NCBI GenBank assembly: GCA_964647565.1
Contig: CAZYIM010000004.1
Coordinates: 1 to 36,176 of the forward strand
Direction of reading: 5' to 3'
From: an uncultured Methanosarcinales archaeon
GTDB lineage: Archaea; Nanobdellota; Nanobdellia; Woesearchaeales; CAZYIM01
Length of the DNA: 36,176 bases
Position 1 is the stretch's first letter; each line of letters begins with the position of its first letter. Positions 18,129-27,607 of the stretch are shown piece by piece. The notes under the pieces were generated by a model that saw only the letters and a list, made by a program, of their open reading frames with translations, did no database searches and had not been told where the DNA came from. A program made the translations under genes and the position numbers.

Positions 18129-19085
18129 TTAGATCTCCTTTAGAATCAATCCCTTAAACTCACTATTGAGCTTGTCTTTTGATTTTTTTGTGACTTCTCC
18201 AGTTGTTATGAAGAGAACTGGCAGCTTTTTGGCTTGTCCTTGAAGATAGGCTGAGCTTAGATCCCCATCATTGCATTTCTTCTTGTTTTTGGCCTTGCAA
18301 TAATACTCAACTCTGCCCAAGGTGGTAGGTAAGGTTATTTTGAGTTCAATATCTGAATTCTTTCTTAAGATCTTTTTATCGACAATGAGGATTCTTTTTT
18401 CTTCGAAATAGCCTATAAGTTTCTTTAAGAAAGGATCTTTTATCGTATCATCGACTGTTTTGATTGTCTGAGAGGGCACTACAACTTTCTTTTGCACGGG
18501 TAAAGATTGTACTGGCTTTTTTTCAGTTTTTACAGGCAAAGGTTTTACTATTTTCTTCTCAATTGGTTTGGGAGGAATCTGTTTTTTTACTTCAACTGTC
18601 TTTTTAGGAGGTGGAGATGTTGTTGGAGGTGCAGGGGCAGTTATGCCCAACATTCTTTTTATTACAGGTTCAGCCGACTCATTTTTAACCAAATACCATT
18701 TCCAAAATAGATGGGTTTGGCCTTTTAAGTTAACTTCAAGAGGCTTGGCAAAGTCCTTAATATTCCTTAATGCAACTCTCATAAGGGGATCTAGTGCCTT
18801 ATCCCTAAGAATCTTTTTAGATTTTAAGAGCTCGTATGCTCTCTTATCTTTTTCATTAAGGTACTTGAAAAGGTTTTGGAGTTTGTATGCCTCGCCAGGT
18901 ATATAGTAGGCAGGAGAGCCCCCTATTTTTGTGTTAGACACCTTTAGTTGATGGGCTTGGGTCATCTCTGAGAGAATGGCTCCAAAAATAGTGGTATCCC
19001 CCCCGAACTCTTTCTTTAGTTGGTTAGGGATTGTCGGGCCGTTTCTTCTTACAAAACTTAGAATTTGTTCCTTACGTATCATCAT
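18129..19085 (-). CDS. Hypothetical protein: winged-helix-like N-terminus, Pro/Lys linker, restriction-endonuclease-like C-terminus
   Basis: 318-aa ORF ending 2 nt before fen. Domain architecture inferred from sequence pattern only. Confidence 0.7.
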   Translation of the reverse strand: MMIRKEQILSFVRRNGPTIPNQLKKEFGGDTTIFGAILSEMTQAHQLKVSNTKIGGSPAYYIPGEAYKLQNLFKYLNEKDKRAYELLKSKKILRDKALDPLMRVALRNIKDFAKPLEVNLKGQTHLFWKWYLVKNESAEPVIKRMLGITAPAPPTTSPPPKKTVEVKKQIPPKPIEKKIVKPLPVKTEKKPVQSLPVQKKVVVPSQTIKTVDDTIKDPFLKKLIGYFEEKRILIVDKKILRKNSDIELKITLPTTLGRVEYYCKAKNKKKCNDGDLSSAYLQGQAKKLPVLFITTGEVTKKSKDKLNSEFKGLILKEI

Positions 19086-19131
19086 GAAAAATTAAGAGAG
19101 AATTGGATATAAATGTTTCGTTATTTAGAGA

Positions 19132-19803
19132 TCAAGGCCTCATCCATTTGACTTCATAATAGGTTACATCTCCTTCATCATCAACAATGCCCAGCATGAG
19201 TCTTTTCTTGGTTGAATGAGCTACCCTGTTTTTTGCAGCGAAATCATACCAGGTCATAGTGGAGCCTTCATGAACAGGGTATACGATCCATCTTGCATGA
19301 TCTTCTCCTGGTTTGATGCCTCTGTCATAAACCCTGAAGTCTGCACCGAACTTAAGGGCTGTCTTAATTATATAGCCTCTGTCCCTGATATCCTTAAAAA
19401 CGCAATACCTGATCCAGATATGGGGTTCAAGCCGTTTGGCTTTTTTAACATAATCTTCGAATTTGATACGTTTTTTCCTATAGTCGTAGATGTTTACCTT
19501 ACCTTTTTCCATCAAGTAAAGACCTTCTATTAGTGATAATTGGATCTTACCATCCTCAAGGACAACCCCGAACCTACTTTGGTTATAGAGTTCTCTTGCA
19601 GGATCTGATTTTTCAGTTATTACTCTTTCTCTTGCAAAATATGCCTTGATCTTGGTCTTTCTTTTTTTGGCTTTCTTCTCTTCATTAGGTTTTTCAGAAG
19701 AAATTGGTTCCACTGTTGTTGTCTCTAAACTCACATCTAGATCGATCTCCTTATTTTCAGCCTTTTTCTTCTTAGTCCTAGACGTTTTTTTCTTCTTAGC
19801 CAT
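19132..19803 (-). CDS. endA: tRNA-splicing endonuclease (tRNA-intron lyase)
   Basis: LSLIEGLYL, RDRGYIIKTALKFGADFRVY, EDHA and RVAHSTKK give the Tyr/His/Lys triad. Start at ATG 19803 with TATA about 25 nt upstream. Lys-rich N-terminal tail. Confidence 0.93.
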   Translation of the reverse strand: MAKKKKTSRTKKKKAENKEIDLDVSLETTTVEPISSEKPNEEKKAKKRKTKIKAYFARERVITEKSDPARELYNQSRFGVVLEDGKIQLSLIEGLYLMEKGKVNIYDYRKKRIKFEDYVKKAKRLEPHIWIRYCVFKDIRDRGYIIKTALKFGADFRVYDRGIKPGEDHARWIVYPVHEGSTMTWYDFAAKNRVAHSTKKRLMLGIVDDEGDVTYYEVKWMRP

Positions 19804-19895
19804 ATAACTTTGAGAGGAAATAATTTGTTTATAAATTTTCCTATACAATTTTTTTTTAGAAAATCATTTAAAGGAAATGACCGTTCTAGTTGACT

Positions 19896-20795
19896 ATGCA
19901 GTTAACCTTTTTAGGCACATCTTGTATGGTGCCAACCAAAGATAGAAATGTACAAGCAATTTTTCTTAGCTATAAGTCTGACGGCATTTTAGTAGATTGT
20001 GGAGAAGGGACTCAGCGGCAAATGAATATTGCAGGCATCAACAGGAATAAGGTGAAAAAGATCTTAATAAGCCATTGGCACGGAGATCATGTGTCTGGCA
20101 TAATTGGTTTAATCCAGACGCTGGGCAATCAGGAGGAAGAACCCTGCCTGACAATTTTTGGTCCAAAAGGTTCTGAAGGGAGGGTACAACACATGTTGGA
20201 AATGTGTGCTTTTGACAATAAAGTTGACTTGAATGTTATTGAACTGGATCCAAAAAAGATCGAAACATTTTACGAGACAGAAGACTATCTGTTGAACTGT
20301 GCTTATCTTGACCACTCCACTCCTTGCCTGGGATTTTCATTTATAGAAAAAGATCGACGTAAAATTGATATGAAACATGCTAAAAAGTTAGGATTAAAGG
20401 AAGGTCCTTTTATTGGTAAGCTTCAGAGGAGCAAATCTGTTGTCTTTAGGGGTAAGAATATATCTCCTGATGATGTTTCATCTATAGTTAAGGGGAAGAA
20501 GATAACGTTCATTATGGACACCTCTGAGTGCCAAAATGCAAATGATTTAGCGAAGGGAGCGGACCTGTTGATTTGTGAGTCTGCTTACAGCTCAAAATTA
20601 GAGGAAAAAGCGGTCACTAATAAACACATGACTGCTGCTCAGGCAGCACACATGGCTACGGGCGCAGGAGCTAAAAAACTGATTTTAACACATTTTTCTC
20701 AAAGATATAAAACTGTTGATGATCTTGAAGAAGAAGCAAGGACTATATTTCCCGAATCAGTCGGTTCTTATGATTTTATGAAGATAAAATTATAA
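19896..20795 (+). CDS. rnz: Ribonuclease Z (tRNA 3' processing)
   Basis: FLGTS..PT..RN, DCGEGTQRQ, SHWHGDH, GP exosite, CES, HMT, LTHFSQRY. Confidence 0.95.
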   Translation: MQLTFLGTSCMVPTKDRNVQAIFLSYKSDGILVDCGEGTQRQMNIAGINRNKVKKILISHWHGDHVSGIIGLIQTLGNQEEEPCLTIFGPKGSEGRVQHMLEMCAFDNKVDLNVIELDPKKIETFYETEDYLLNCAYLDHSTPCLGFSFIEKDRRKIDMKHAKKLGLKEGPFIGKLQRSKSVVFRGKNISPDDVSSIVKGKKITFIMDTSECQNANDLAKGADLLICESAYSSKLEEKAVTNKHMTAAQAAHMATGAGAKKLILTHFSQRYKTVDDLEEEARTIFPESVGSYDFMKIKL

Positions 20796-21023
20796 TTAGG
20801 GTTTAACTTTTTTTGCAGCAAGCTTGATATCGCTGGCCTTAACTGTCTTTCTCTTGGCATGTTTAGCAAAATCATATGCTGATACTGCAACCTGTTCACC
20901 GACTTCTTCGAGAAAATCTCTTAACTCTGCTTTAGCATCCTCTGCAACTCTTACATCTCCTGCCGCATGTTTAATCAATCTTTCCATTGCAGCCAGAGGA
21001 ATACATCTCTTTGTAGTCATCAT
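20796..21023 (-). CDS. Archaeal histone (HMf family)
   Basis: IPLAAMERLIK, RVAEDA, AKHAKRKTVKASDIKLA. Stop codon directly abuts the rnz stop. Confidence 0.95.
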   Translation of the reverse strand: MMTTKRCIPLAAMERLIKHAAGDVRVAEDAKAELRDFLEEVGEQVAVSAYDFAKHAKRKTVKASDIKLAAKKVKP

Positions 21024-21201
21024 ATCACCTAAACGCCTTGAATTGGCCCTTCTTTATAAATTTATCGGCAAAACAATCTTGTTTTTATGAATTGCAAGGC
21101 TATTTCCTTTTTAATAGAATAATAACCTTAATATAATATGTTTACTCTTATATTGATAAATATTAAGAAAATTTTTAAACAACTATTATAGTTTTTTTTC
21201 T

Positions 21202-21591
21202 ATGTCCAGAAAATCCAAGGGTATTAACGCTGAGCGAGATCTGATTCATAAGTTCTGGGCAGCAGGCTGGGCCGCTATGCGTGCAGCGGGTAGTGGTGCT
21301 ATACAGTATCCTTCACCAGATGTTGTGGCTGGTAACAATCTGCGAAAAGTAGCTATTGAATGTAAACTCACCGCCGACAAATCAAAATATTTTCCTATTG
21401 AAGAAATCAATGCTCTAGTGTATTTTGCAGAAAAATTTGGGGCCGAGCCCTGGATTGCTGTACGGTTTTTAAGACATCCCTGGTATTTTTTCACTATAGA
21501 TGATATGGAACAGACAGAGAAGAACTATGTAGTTAATTTAGAACTTGCACAGAGGCGTGGGCTAAGTTTTGAAGAATTAGTAGAAAAATAA
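21202..21591 (+). CDS. hjc: Holliday junction resolvase Hjc
   Basis: KG..AERDL, RAAGSG, PDVVAG, IECK. TATA TTTTTAAA at 21172-21179. Confidence 0.93.
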   Translation: MSRKSKGINAERDLIHKFWAAGWAAMRAAGSGAIQYPSPDVVAGNNLRKVAIECKLTADKSKYFPIEEINALVYFAEKFGAEPWIAVRFLRHPWYFFTIDDMEQTEKNYVVNLELAQRRGLSFEELVEK

Positions 21592-21606
21592 ATAAAAAAA
21601 GATATT

Positions 21607-21846
21607 TTATCTTTTCTTTTTTGGGCGAGAATCTAATTTGCGCTCAATACGTCTTTCCTCTTTTTCAATCTTAACTTCTTCTCGTGCAATTGCAAGCGTC
21701 ATTCTTTCGATATTTCTATCCATCTTTGCAACTCTTCTTTCCATGAGAACAAGAACCCTTAAGCTGTAGACAATTGCAGCCAAAGTACCCACAATGACGG
21801 CAAGAATTACGTTTATTCTGCTAGCAACAATTTCATCAACGACCAT
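21607..21846 (-). CDS. Small single-TM protein with basic coiled-coil tail
   Basis: One hydrophobic helix followed by an E/R/K heptad-like tail. SD GAGGTG upstream of ATG 21846. Confidence 0.7.
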   Translation of the reverse strand: MVVDEIVASRINVILAVIVGTLAAIVYSLRVLVLMERRVAKMDRNIERMTLAIAREEVKIEKEERRIERKLDSRPKKKR

Positions 21847-22005
21847 TTTATACACACCTCTCTTTTCAAGATTACTTTATGATTTGTAATTCTTATTTAT
21901 ATAGTTTTCGAAAACCCCTGACTTTAATTATCAAACCCGCTATTTAGAAAAATTTATAAACCTATATATTTTTTATTTAGACATAACAATTTAAGGTGGT
22001 TCAAC

Positions 22006-22272
22006 ATGCTAAAAATGAAACGGTTGGCGGAAACTTATGACATGAGAGTATTTACTGATACAGGCGATTATTTTGGAGATATCGAGGAGGCAATCCTTAC
22101 CAACAACAAAGTCTTTGGCTGGAGAGTTAAAGCAACAAAAAATTCTTTCTTGAACAAGGTGTTGGGCTCTGCAAAAGGCGTGATTGTGCCACATCAGCTT
22201 GTTAAGAGTATAGGCGATATAATGATTATTAATAAGTCAGCTATACCGTCGTATAACCCCGAAGAAGAATAA
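22006..22272 (+). CDS. PRC-barrel domain protein (CdpB-like candidate)
   Basis: MRVFTDTGDYFGDIEE...VIVPHQLVKSIGDIMII. SD AGGTGG upstream. Confidence 0.88.
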   Translation: MLKMKRLAETYDMRVFTDTGDYFGDIEEAILTNNKVFGWRVKATKNSFLNKVLGSAKGVIVPHQLVKSIGDIMIINKSAIPSYNPEEE

Positions 22273-22315
22273 CTTTTTAATAAAATTTTTAAAACATTTC
22301 TAACTAGTTCTAATT

Positions 22316-23803
22316 ATGAAAAGATCTACGGCTATTCTTTGGGTACTCATCATTTGTTTAATAGCTTTGGCAATAAGGCTTTTCTTCAGTTTTCAAAGCC
22401 CATATACTTCTTATGATTCTTATAATGTTTTAAGACAGGTAGATGCTATTAAGACAACAGGATTGCCTATTTACTCTGATGAACTGAGCTATAGTGGCAG
22501 AACTAATGTCTTTTCACCTCTTTACTATTATGTGCTTGCCTTTTTTGGCCTGTTCATTCCAACACAGATAATGGTCAAGATATTGCCTAATATATTTATG
22601 TCTTTACTTGTCTTGGTGGTCTTTTTTATATCTCTTTACATTTCAAAAAACCGACTTGTTTCTGTTATAAGCGCCTTTTTTTCAGCATTTATCCCTATAT
22701 TATTTTTCAACACATTTAACAGAGCGCCCGCATATTCTCTGGTGCTTCCGATGGTTTTCTTGTTCATCTACTTTATTCTACGCATTAACGAGGATCTCTA
22801 TGCCCGTCTGGCTATACTCTTGGTTGTACTCTTGGTTTTTACGCATGCATTTTCCTTTGTATTAATCCCTGTTTTACTGTTTTATCTCGTGCTTGTAAAA
22901 CTTCAGGCCCTTGATACTAACACCAGAGAGGTTGAGATGGCTATGTTTATCACGTTCTTTATTTTCTGGTTTAATCTTATCCTGTACAAAAAAGCATTCC
23001 TTGCTCATGGCGCTAGTGTTATTTGGCAGAATATACCATTTGTATTGCTCACCAGATACTATGTTGACCTGAGCTTGTTTCAGATAATATTCTTTATTGG
23101 TCTCGTTCCCCTTTTCTTTGGAGTATACTCCATCTATGCCAACTTCTTCAAACAAAAAAAGAGATCCATCTCTTTGATTGTAAGTTTTGTAATCTCAATT
23201 TTTCTTTTATTGCTTTTAAAGCTAATTTCATTCCAGGTAGGATTGATGGTTCTTAGTATATTGTTGGTGATTTTATCATCTTATTCGCTTAAACTAACCT
23301 TTAATTTCTTTTCAAAGACAAAATTTTCAAAATTAATCATCCCTGTTCTAGTAATATTGTTAGTCATCTTCCTTTTTTCTTCAGTTTTACCCATATTGAG
23401 CTTGGCACCTTCTTCTCTGAATACGCCTTCTGTTGAAGAAGTTGAAGCCCTAAATTGGCTAAAAAGCAACACTGAAGAAGACAGTTCTGTTCTGTCCCGT
23501 GTTGAAGAGGGATATATCATGAACTACTTTGCGTCAAGAAAAAATGTGATGGATCCAAGCTTTCTTTTTGTATCCAACATAAACCAACGGTATAGTGATA
23601 TCAATGATTTGTTTTCTGCTAGACTGGAAATTGATGCACTCAAGTTGCTAACCCGTTATGATGTAGATTATATATACTTTTCAAACCGATTTAAAAATCA
23701 AAATGATCCTGATGCTCTTTTTTATGCATCAGATCCTGAATGTTTTGAACCTGTATATAATCAGTCTATTTTGATCTACAAAGTCAAATGTGATTTAAAA
23801 TGA
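22316..23803 (+). CDS. Multi-TM GT-C-fold/STT3-like membrane protein with degenerate WWDYG
   Basis: N-terminal YDSY..LR loop, more than 10 TM helices, soluble C-terminal domain ALNWLKSNTEEDSSVLSRVEEGY...RKNV...YDVDYI. Confidence 0.7.
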   Translation: MKRSTAILWVLIICLIALAIRLFFSFQSPYTSYDSYNVLRQVDAIKTTGLPIYSDELSYSGRTNVFSPLYYYVLAFFGLFIPTQIMVKILPNIFMSLLVLVVFFISLYISKNRLVSVISAFFSAFIPILFFNTFNRAPAYSLVLPMVFLFIYFILRINEDLYARLAILLVVLLVFTHAFSFVLIPVLLFYLVLVKLQALDTNTREVEMAMFITFFIFWFNLILYKKAFLAHGASVIWQNIPFVLLTRYYVDLSLFQIIFFIGLVPLFFGVYSIYANFFKQKKRSISLIVSFVISIFLLLLLKLISFQVGLMVLSILLVILSSYSLKLTFNFFSKTKFSKLIIPVLVILLVIFLFSSVLPILSLAPSSLNTPSVEEVEALNWLKSNTEEDSSVLSRVEEGYIMNYFASRKNVMDPSFLFVSNINQRYSDINDLFSARLEIDALKLLTRYDVDYIYFSNRFKNQNDPDALFYASDPECFEPVYNQSILIYKVKCDLK

Positions 23804-25209
23804 AAACAACTCAAAGAGAAAAACTAAGTCTGCTTTTTATAGGTTGTTTGTTGATCTTATTTTTCCCGATATTAGCACGTGTTCTTTCTGGGAGTGGATT
23901 TCCGCATGGTGGCGAGCCATATTATAATATGCGAATTGCTGAGCAAATAAAGACAGATGGAATAATATCTGAAGACTGGCTTCAGCAGGAAAACTATTCT
24001 TTTAATTTGGTTCACTATCTCATAGCTGCATTATCTTTTTTGTTGCCTGTTATGATTCTTGCCATTATTTTGCCACCTCTTTTTGGCATGATAACTGTAT
24101 ACTTCATATTTCTTTTACTGGAAAAGCTGAAGGTAAGCTTTTATAAGGGATATTTTCTCTTGCTTTTTATTGTACTGTCTCCCCTATTTGTCTTTCTGTT
24201 CTCTGTCCTGTCTAAGTATACTTTGATTATCTGCTTTTCTACAATTATAATCTATGCTCTATTCGCTAGAAAAGAATATCTTGCATACATACTGTTGCCC
24301 TTGGTGATGCTTACAGATTTTTTTTCGGCATGTATTGTGCTTCTTATAATATTGCTTCTTTCTGTGAAATATAAGAGGCTACAAAAAGGTTTCATTATCT
24401 TAATACCTGTTTTGGCCATAACAATCTTAATTTCAATGATATTGTTGAATTTTTCAATAAATATATCTCAGCTATTTGTATCAAATCCTGATTTGAGGTT
24501 TTTCATAAGTGATCTTGGTGCATCTACAGGTTTTTCAGTATTTATTGTGCTTTTGTTTTTCATAGGCTTGGTTTTGAACTGGAGACGGGATACAAAACAA
24601 GTTTTTGACAATCTTGCGGCCCTTGGCGGGGTTGCTCTTTCTATTTTCATATTGCCCGTCCGGTTTTTCTTTCTTTTCTTTCTTTGTTTATATGCAAGTA
24701 TGGGTTTCAACTATCTAATACGAAGAAAATGGTCGCTCAACATGCTAAAAAAGATAACCTCGCTGGTCCTCTTCTGCGGTATCCTCTTTTCTGTTATTGT
24801 ATTTATCAAGTTTGAAATTGAATCTCAACCTTCCGAAGAAATGCTTTCTGCTCTTTCATTTCTCCAAGACAAGCCTTCTGGAACAGTTCTTAGCCACCCA
24901 TCTTATGGGACGTTAATCCAATATTTTGCAGAGAAAAGAATACTTTTTAGTGCTTCTCTTGATTATTCGACAACTCTATATAATCAAAGCTCACCTTATT
25001 TCTTTTCAAGGGATCTTGAGGTTGTTGAGACTTTGTTCCAACAAAGTAATATTAAGTATATCTTTATACATGAAGATATGAAGGAAGGATTACTTTGGCA
25101 AGAGCCACTTGAGGGTCTTCTCTTTTTGCTGAAATCTAGCAAAAAGTTTATTAATATTTACTCGTATCAAGGATATGAGATATGGGAATATACAGGTGGT
25201 ACTGAATAA
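23800..25209 (+). CDS. Second multi-TM GT-C-fold/STT3-like membrane protein
   Basis: GEPYYNMRIA loop, many TM helices, ALSFL...VLSHPSYG.LI.YFA.KR...NIKYIFI. ATGA overlap with the upstream gene. Confidence 0.7.
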   Translation: MKTTQREKLSLLFIGCLLILFFPILARVLSGSGFPHGGEPYYNMRIAEQIKTDGIISEDWLQQENYSFNLVHYLIAALSFLLPVMILAIILPPLFGMITVYFIFLLLEKLKVSFYKGYFLLLFIVLSPLFVFLFSVLSKYTLIICFSTIIIYALFARKEYLAYILLPLVMLTDFFSACIVLLIILLLSVKYKRLQKGFIILIPVLAITILISMILLNFSINISQLFVSNPDLRFFISDLGASTGFSVFIVLLFFIGLVLNWRRDTKQVFDNLAALGGVALSIFILPVRFFFLFFLCLYASMGFNYLIRRKWSLNMLKKITSLVLFCGILFSVIVFIKFEIESQPSEEMLSALSFLQDKPSGTVLSHPSYGTLIQYFAEKRILFSASLDYSTTLYNQSSPYFFSRDLEVVETLFQQSNIKYIFIHEDMKEGLLWQEPLEGLLFLLKSSKKFINIYSYQGYEIWEYTGGTE

Positions 25210-26444
25210 TGCGGTGGGATATAATCCTTGTTTATATCGTGATATATTTAAGTCTTTTTTTCACTCTCGTATATTTTATTAACTTTTTTGAAAACAAGAG
25301 AAAGTTGAAAAATCCTAAACCAAAAAAATTTCCTAAGGTTTCTATTATTGTTCCTGTTTTTAATGAGGAAGAGACTATTGCAAAGACCCTAACTTCTTTA
25401 CTTAATCTTCGGTACCCTAAGAATAAACTGGAAATTTTTGTAGTTGATGATGGTAGTACAGACAAAACATATGATATTGCTAAGAGCTTTAAAAAGAAAG
25501 GGGTTGTTGTTTTAAAGAAGAAAAATTCTGGAAAAAGTGATAGTATTAACTATGCTTTGAAAAGAGCATCTGGTGAATTGGCAGGCGCTCTAGATGCGGA
25601 TTCTTTTGTAATGCCTGATGCTTTGGAAAAAGTTGTTGGATACTTTGAGAATCCGCGAGTGATGGCTGTAACACCCTCAATAAAAATATGGAAACCGCAT
25701 AATATTTTCCAGAGGATGCAGTTTATTGAGTTTTTAGCATCGTCATTTATGAGAAAAGTCATGTCTTTCTTAGGAGGCGTTCCGTTCACTCCAGGACCCT
25801 TTACAATTTACAGGATATCTTTTTTTAAAAAACATGGATTTTACGACACGTCAACACTGACCGAAGATACTGAATTAGCATTAAGGATTGAGAGTCATAA
25901 GTATATAATTGAAAATGCAATTGATGTTAATGTCTATACAGTGGGCGTACCAACTTTTAAAGGGCTGTTAAGCCAAAGAATACGCTGGTACAGGGGTATG
26001 CTTGATAACTTTTGGAACTATAGGCATATGTTTAGTAAGAGATATGGTAATCTTGGCTTGTTTATACTGCCCAGTTCTTTGGCTGCGGTTTTTATTTCGA
26101 TGGTCGTGGTTGCTCTTGCCATCTATTTCGCAATTAAACGAATTGTACTTACTTACAGGACATTCTACCTTTCAGGATATGATTGGTCCTCCTGGTTTGA
26201 TTTCAGTTTTCGACCTTTTTTCATTAATACTTCTGCTTTAACGTGGTTCACTCTTTTACTTTTAGGCTTAGGAATATTAATTATCATTGTAGCCAAACAG
26301 TATTCTGGTGAAGAGCAGGGTGTTAAGATGTCTTATTTACCCTATACTTTATTATATATCTTCTTTTTTTCTTTTTGGTGGGCTATTGCTTTATTTTATA
26401 GAATCTTTAACAAAAAAATACTGTGGGGGCGACAAGAACTATGA
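25209..26444 (+). CDS. Processive GT2 glycosyltransferase (PgaC/cellulose-synthase-like)
   Basis: VSIIVPVFNEE, DDGS, GK, DAD, TED, QRIRW. N- and C-terminal TM helices. Confidence 0.92.
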   Translation: MRWDIILVYIVIYLSLFFTLVYFINFFENKRKLKNPKPKKFPKVSIIVPVFNEEETIAKTLTSLLNLRYPKNKLEIFVVDDGSTDKTYDIAKSFKKKGVVVLKKKNSGKSDSINYALKRASGELAGALDADSFVMPDALEKVVGYFENPRVMAVTPSIKIWKPHNIFQRMQFIEFLASSFMRKVMSFLGGVPFTPGPFTIYRISFFKKHGFYDTSTLTEDTELALRIESHKYIIENAIDVNVYTVGVPTFKGLLSQRIRWYRGMLDNFWNYRHMFSKRYGNLGLFILPSSLAAVFISMVVVALAIYFAIKRIVLTYRTFYLSGYDWSSWFDFSFRPFFINTSALTWFTLLLLGLGILIIIVAKQYSGEEQGVKMSYLPYTLLYIFFFSFWWAIALFYRIFNKKILWGRQEL

Positions 26445-27088
26445 AAAGAAAAGCCATTAATAAACGAAGATATGTAACTGCTTTTGCTCTAACAACTTTA
26501 ATTTTCATTATTGGTATACTATTGGGGAGTTTTTTCAGCTCTTTGAAAATAGATAATGTGCTGAACGCACAGACAGATTTGCGTCTCGAAATTATGGGCT
26601 CTGAATTAAAATATGAGCTATTAGAGGATGAGCTCTGTGTCGTTAATATATCCAACCTTAATCTGAAACTCTATGAGACTGGCAATAAGCTAGTTTTCCT
26701 AGAATCTCAACTAGGACCTGAGAATCAACTGGTCAAGGAATTGAAGGAATATTATCATCTGTTAGAAATAAGACAGGTTCTTCTACTGCGTGACGCCGAA
26801 AAAAAATGTAACGCGACTCAGAACCATATCCTGTACTTCTATACGATTGATGAACTTTGTCCTTCTTGCAAAGATCAAGGGGAGATCCTTACATACATAC
26901 ATAAACAGAATCCAGTCTTTAATGTATATTCATTTGATGCCAATATTGAAAATCCTGCTATTAGGCAGTTAAGGAATTTGTATGATATTGGACAGGTTCC
27001 TGCACTTGTGGTAAACGGCAAACCCTATCAGGGATTTCATAGCAGAGATCAGCTTTTATCTGTTCTCGAGAGCGATGGAGTGATATAA
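26441..27088 (+). CDS. Membrane-anchored thioredoxin-fold protein
   Basis: N-terminal TM, helical linker with two Cys, LYFY...CPSC, VPALVVNG cis-Pro motif. ATGA overlap at 26441. Confidence 0.8.
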   Translation: MKRKAINKRRYVTAFALTTLIFIIGILLGSFFSSLKIDNVLNAQTDLRLEIMGSELKYELLEDELCVVNISNLNLKLYETGNKLVFLESQLGPENQLVKELKEYYHLLEIRQVLLLRDAEKKCNATQNHILYFYTIDELCPSCKDQGEILTYIHKQNPVFNVYSFDANIENPAIRQLRNLYDIGQVPALVVNGKPYQGFHSRDQLLSVLESDGVI

Positions 27089-27108
27089 TGAATAAAGTTA
27101 AAGCCGAT

Positions 27109-27570
27109 CTAGTCTTTTATATTTAATATATCTCCTATGGTCAGGGCCTTGCTGGCACCTGCCTGTATTTTTTTATGTTTTTCAATATGCTGGGTTATCA
27201 GGCGTATCTTTAAGAAACGTTCTATCTTTCTGGCGAGATTTAGATCTGGGCGGGTTTTTCCAGATTCTATCTTGTTGATTAAAGACTCCTTTTCTTTTAT
27301 TCTCTTAGCCATCTCTTCCTGTTTAAGGCCTAATCGTTCGCGGGCATCCTTAATTAGGCTGGAATACTCTGAAGTTATTATTTGGATTACTTCTTCATCA
27401 TTTTTTTGTAAAATTGGTCTAGTATTTTCTTCTTTTTTCCTTTGGGGTGATACTGCTCTTTTTAGAATCTTGCCAAATTTGCTGCATTTACTACAAACAT
27501 TTAGCTCAACACCCTCTACTTCTGCCTTAAATATTTCAGCTTCATCAGAACCACACATGTCACATTGCAT
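27109..27570 (-). CDS. mbf1: Archaeal multiprotein bridging factor aMBF1 (Zn ribbon + HTH)
   Basis: CDMCG...VEGVELNVCSKC, IKDARERLGLKQEEMA..IKEKES...KIESG, C-terminal TIGD. Confidence 0.92.
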   Translation of the reverse strand: MQCDMCGSDEAEIFKAEVEGVELNVCSKCSKFGKILKRAVSPQRKKEENTRPILQKNDEEVIQIITSEYSSLIKDARERLGLKQEEMAKRIKEKESLINKIESGKTRPDLNLARKIERFLKIRLITQHIEKHKKIQAGASKALTIGDILNIKD

Positions 27571-27607
27571 CTTTTAAACCCCCCATACTATCTTTTATAT
27601 TGTAAAT

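Noticed and set aside
21024..21201. AT-rich intergenic region as a replication origin
   Set aside because: No ORB-like repeats and no adjacent cdc6/orc1. It is explained by the divergent histone and hjc promoters.
22316..25209. Calling either gene aglB (oligosaccharyltransferase)
   Set aside because: Both lack WWDYG and are shorter than typical AglB. Reported only as GT-C/STT3-like.
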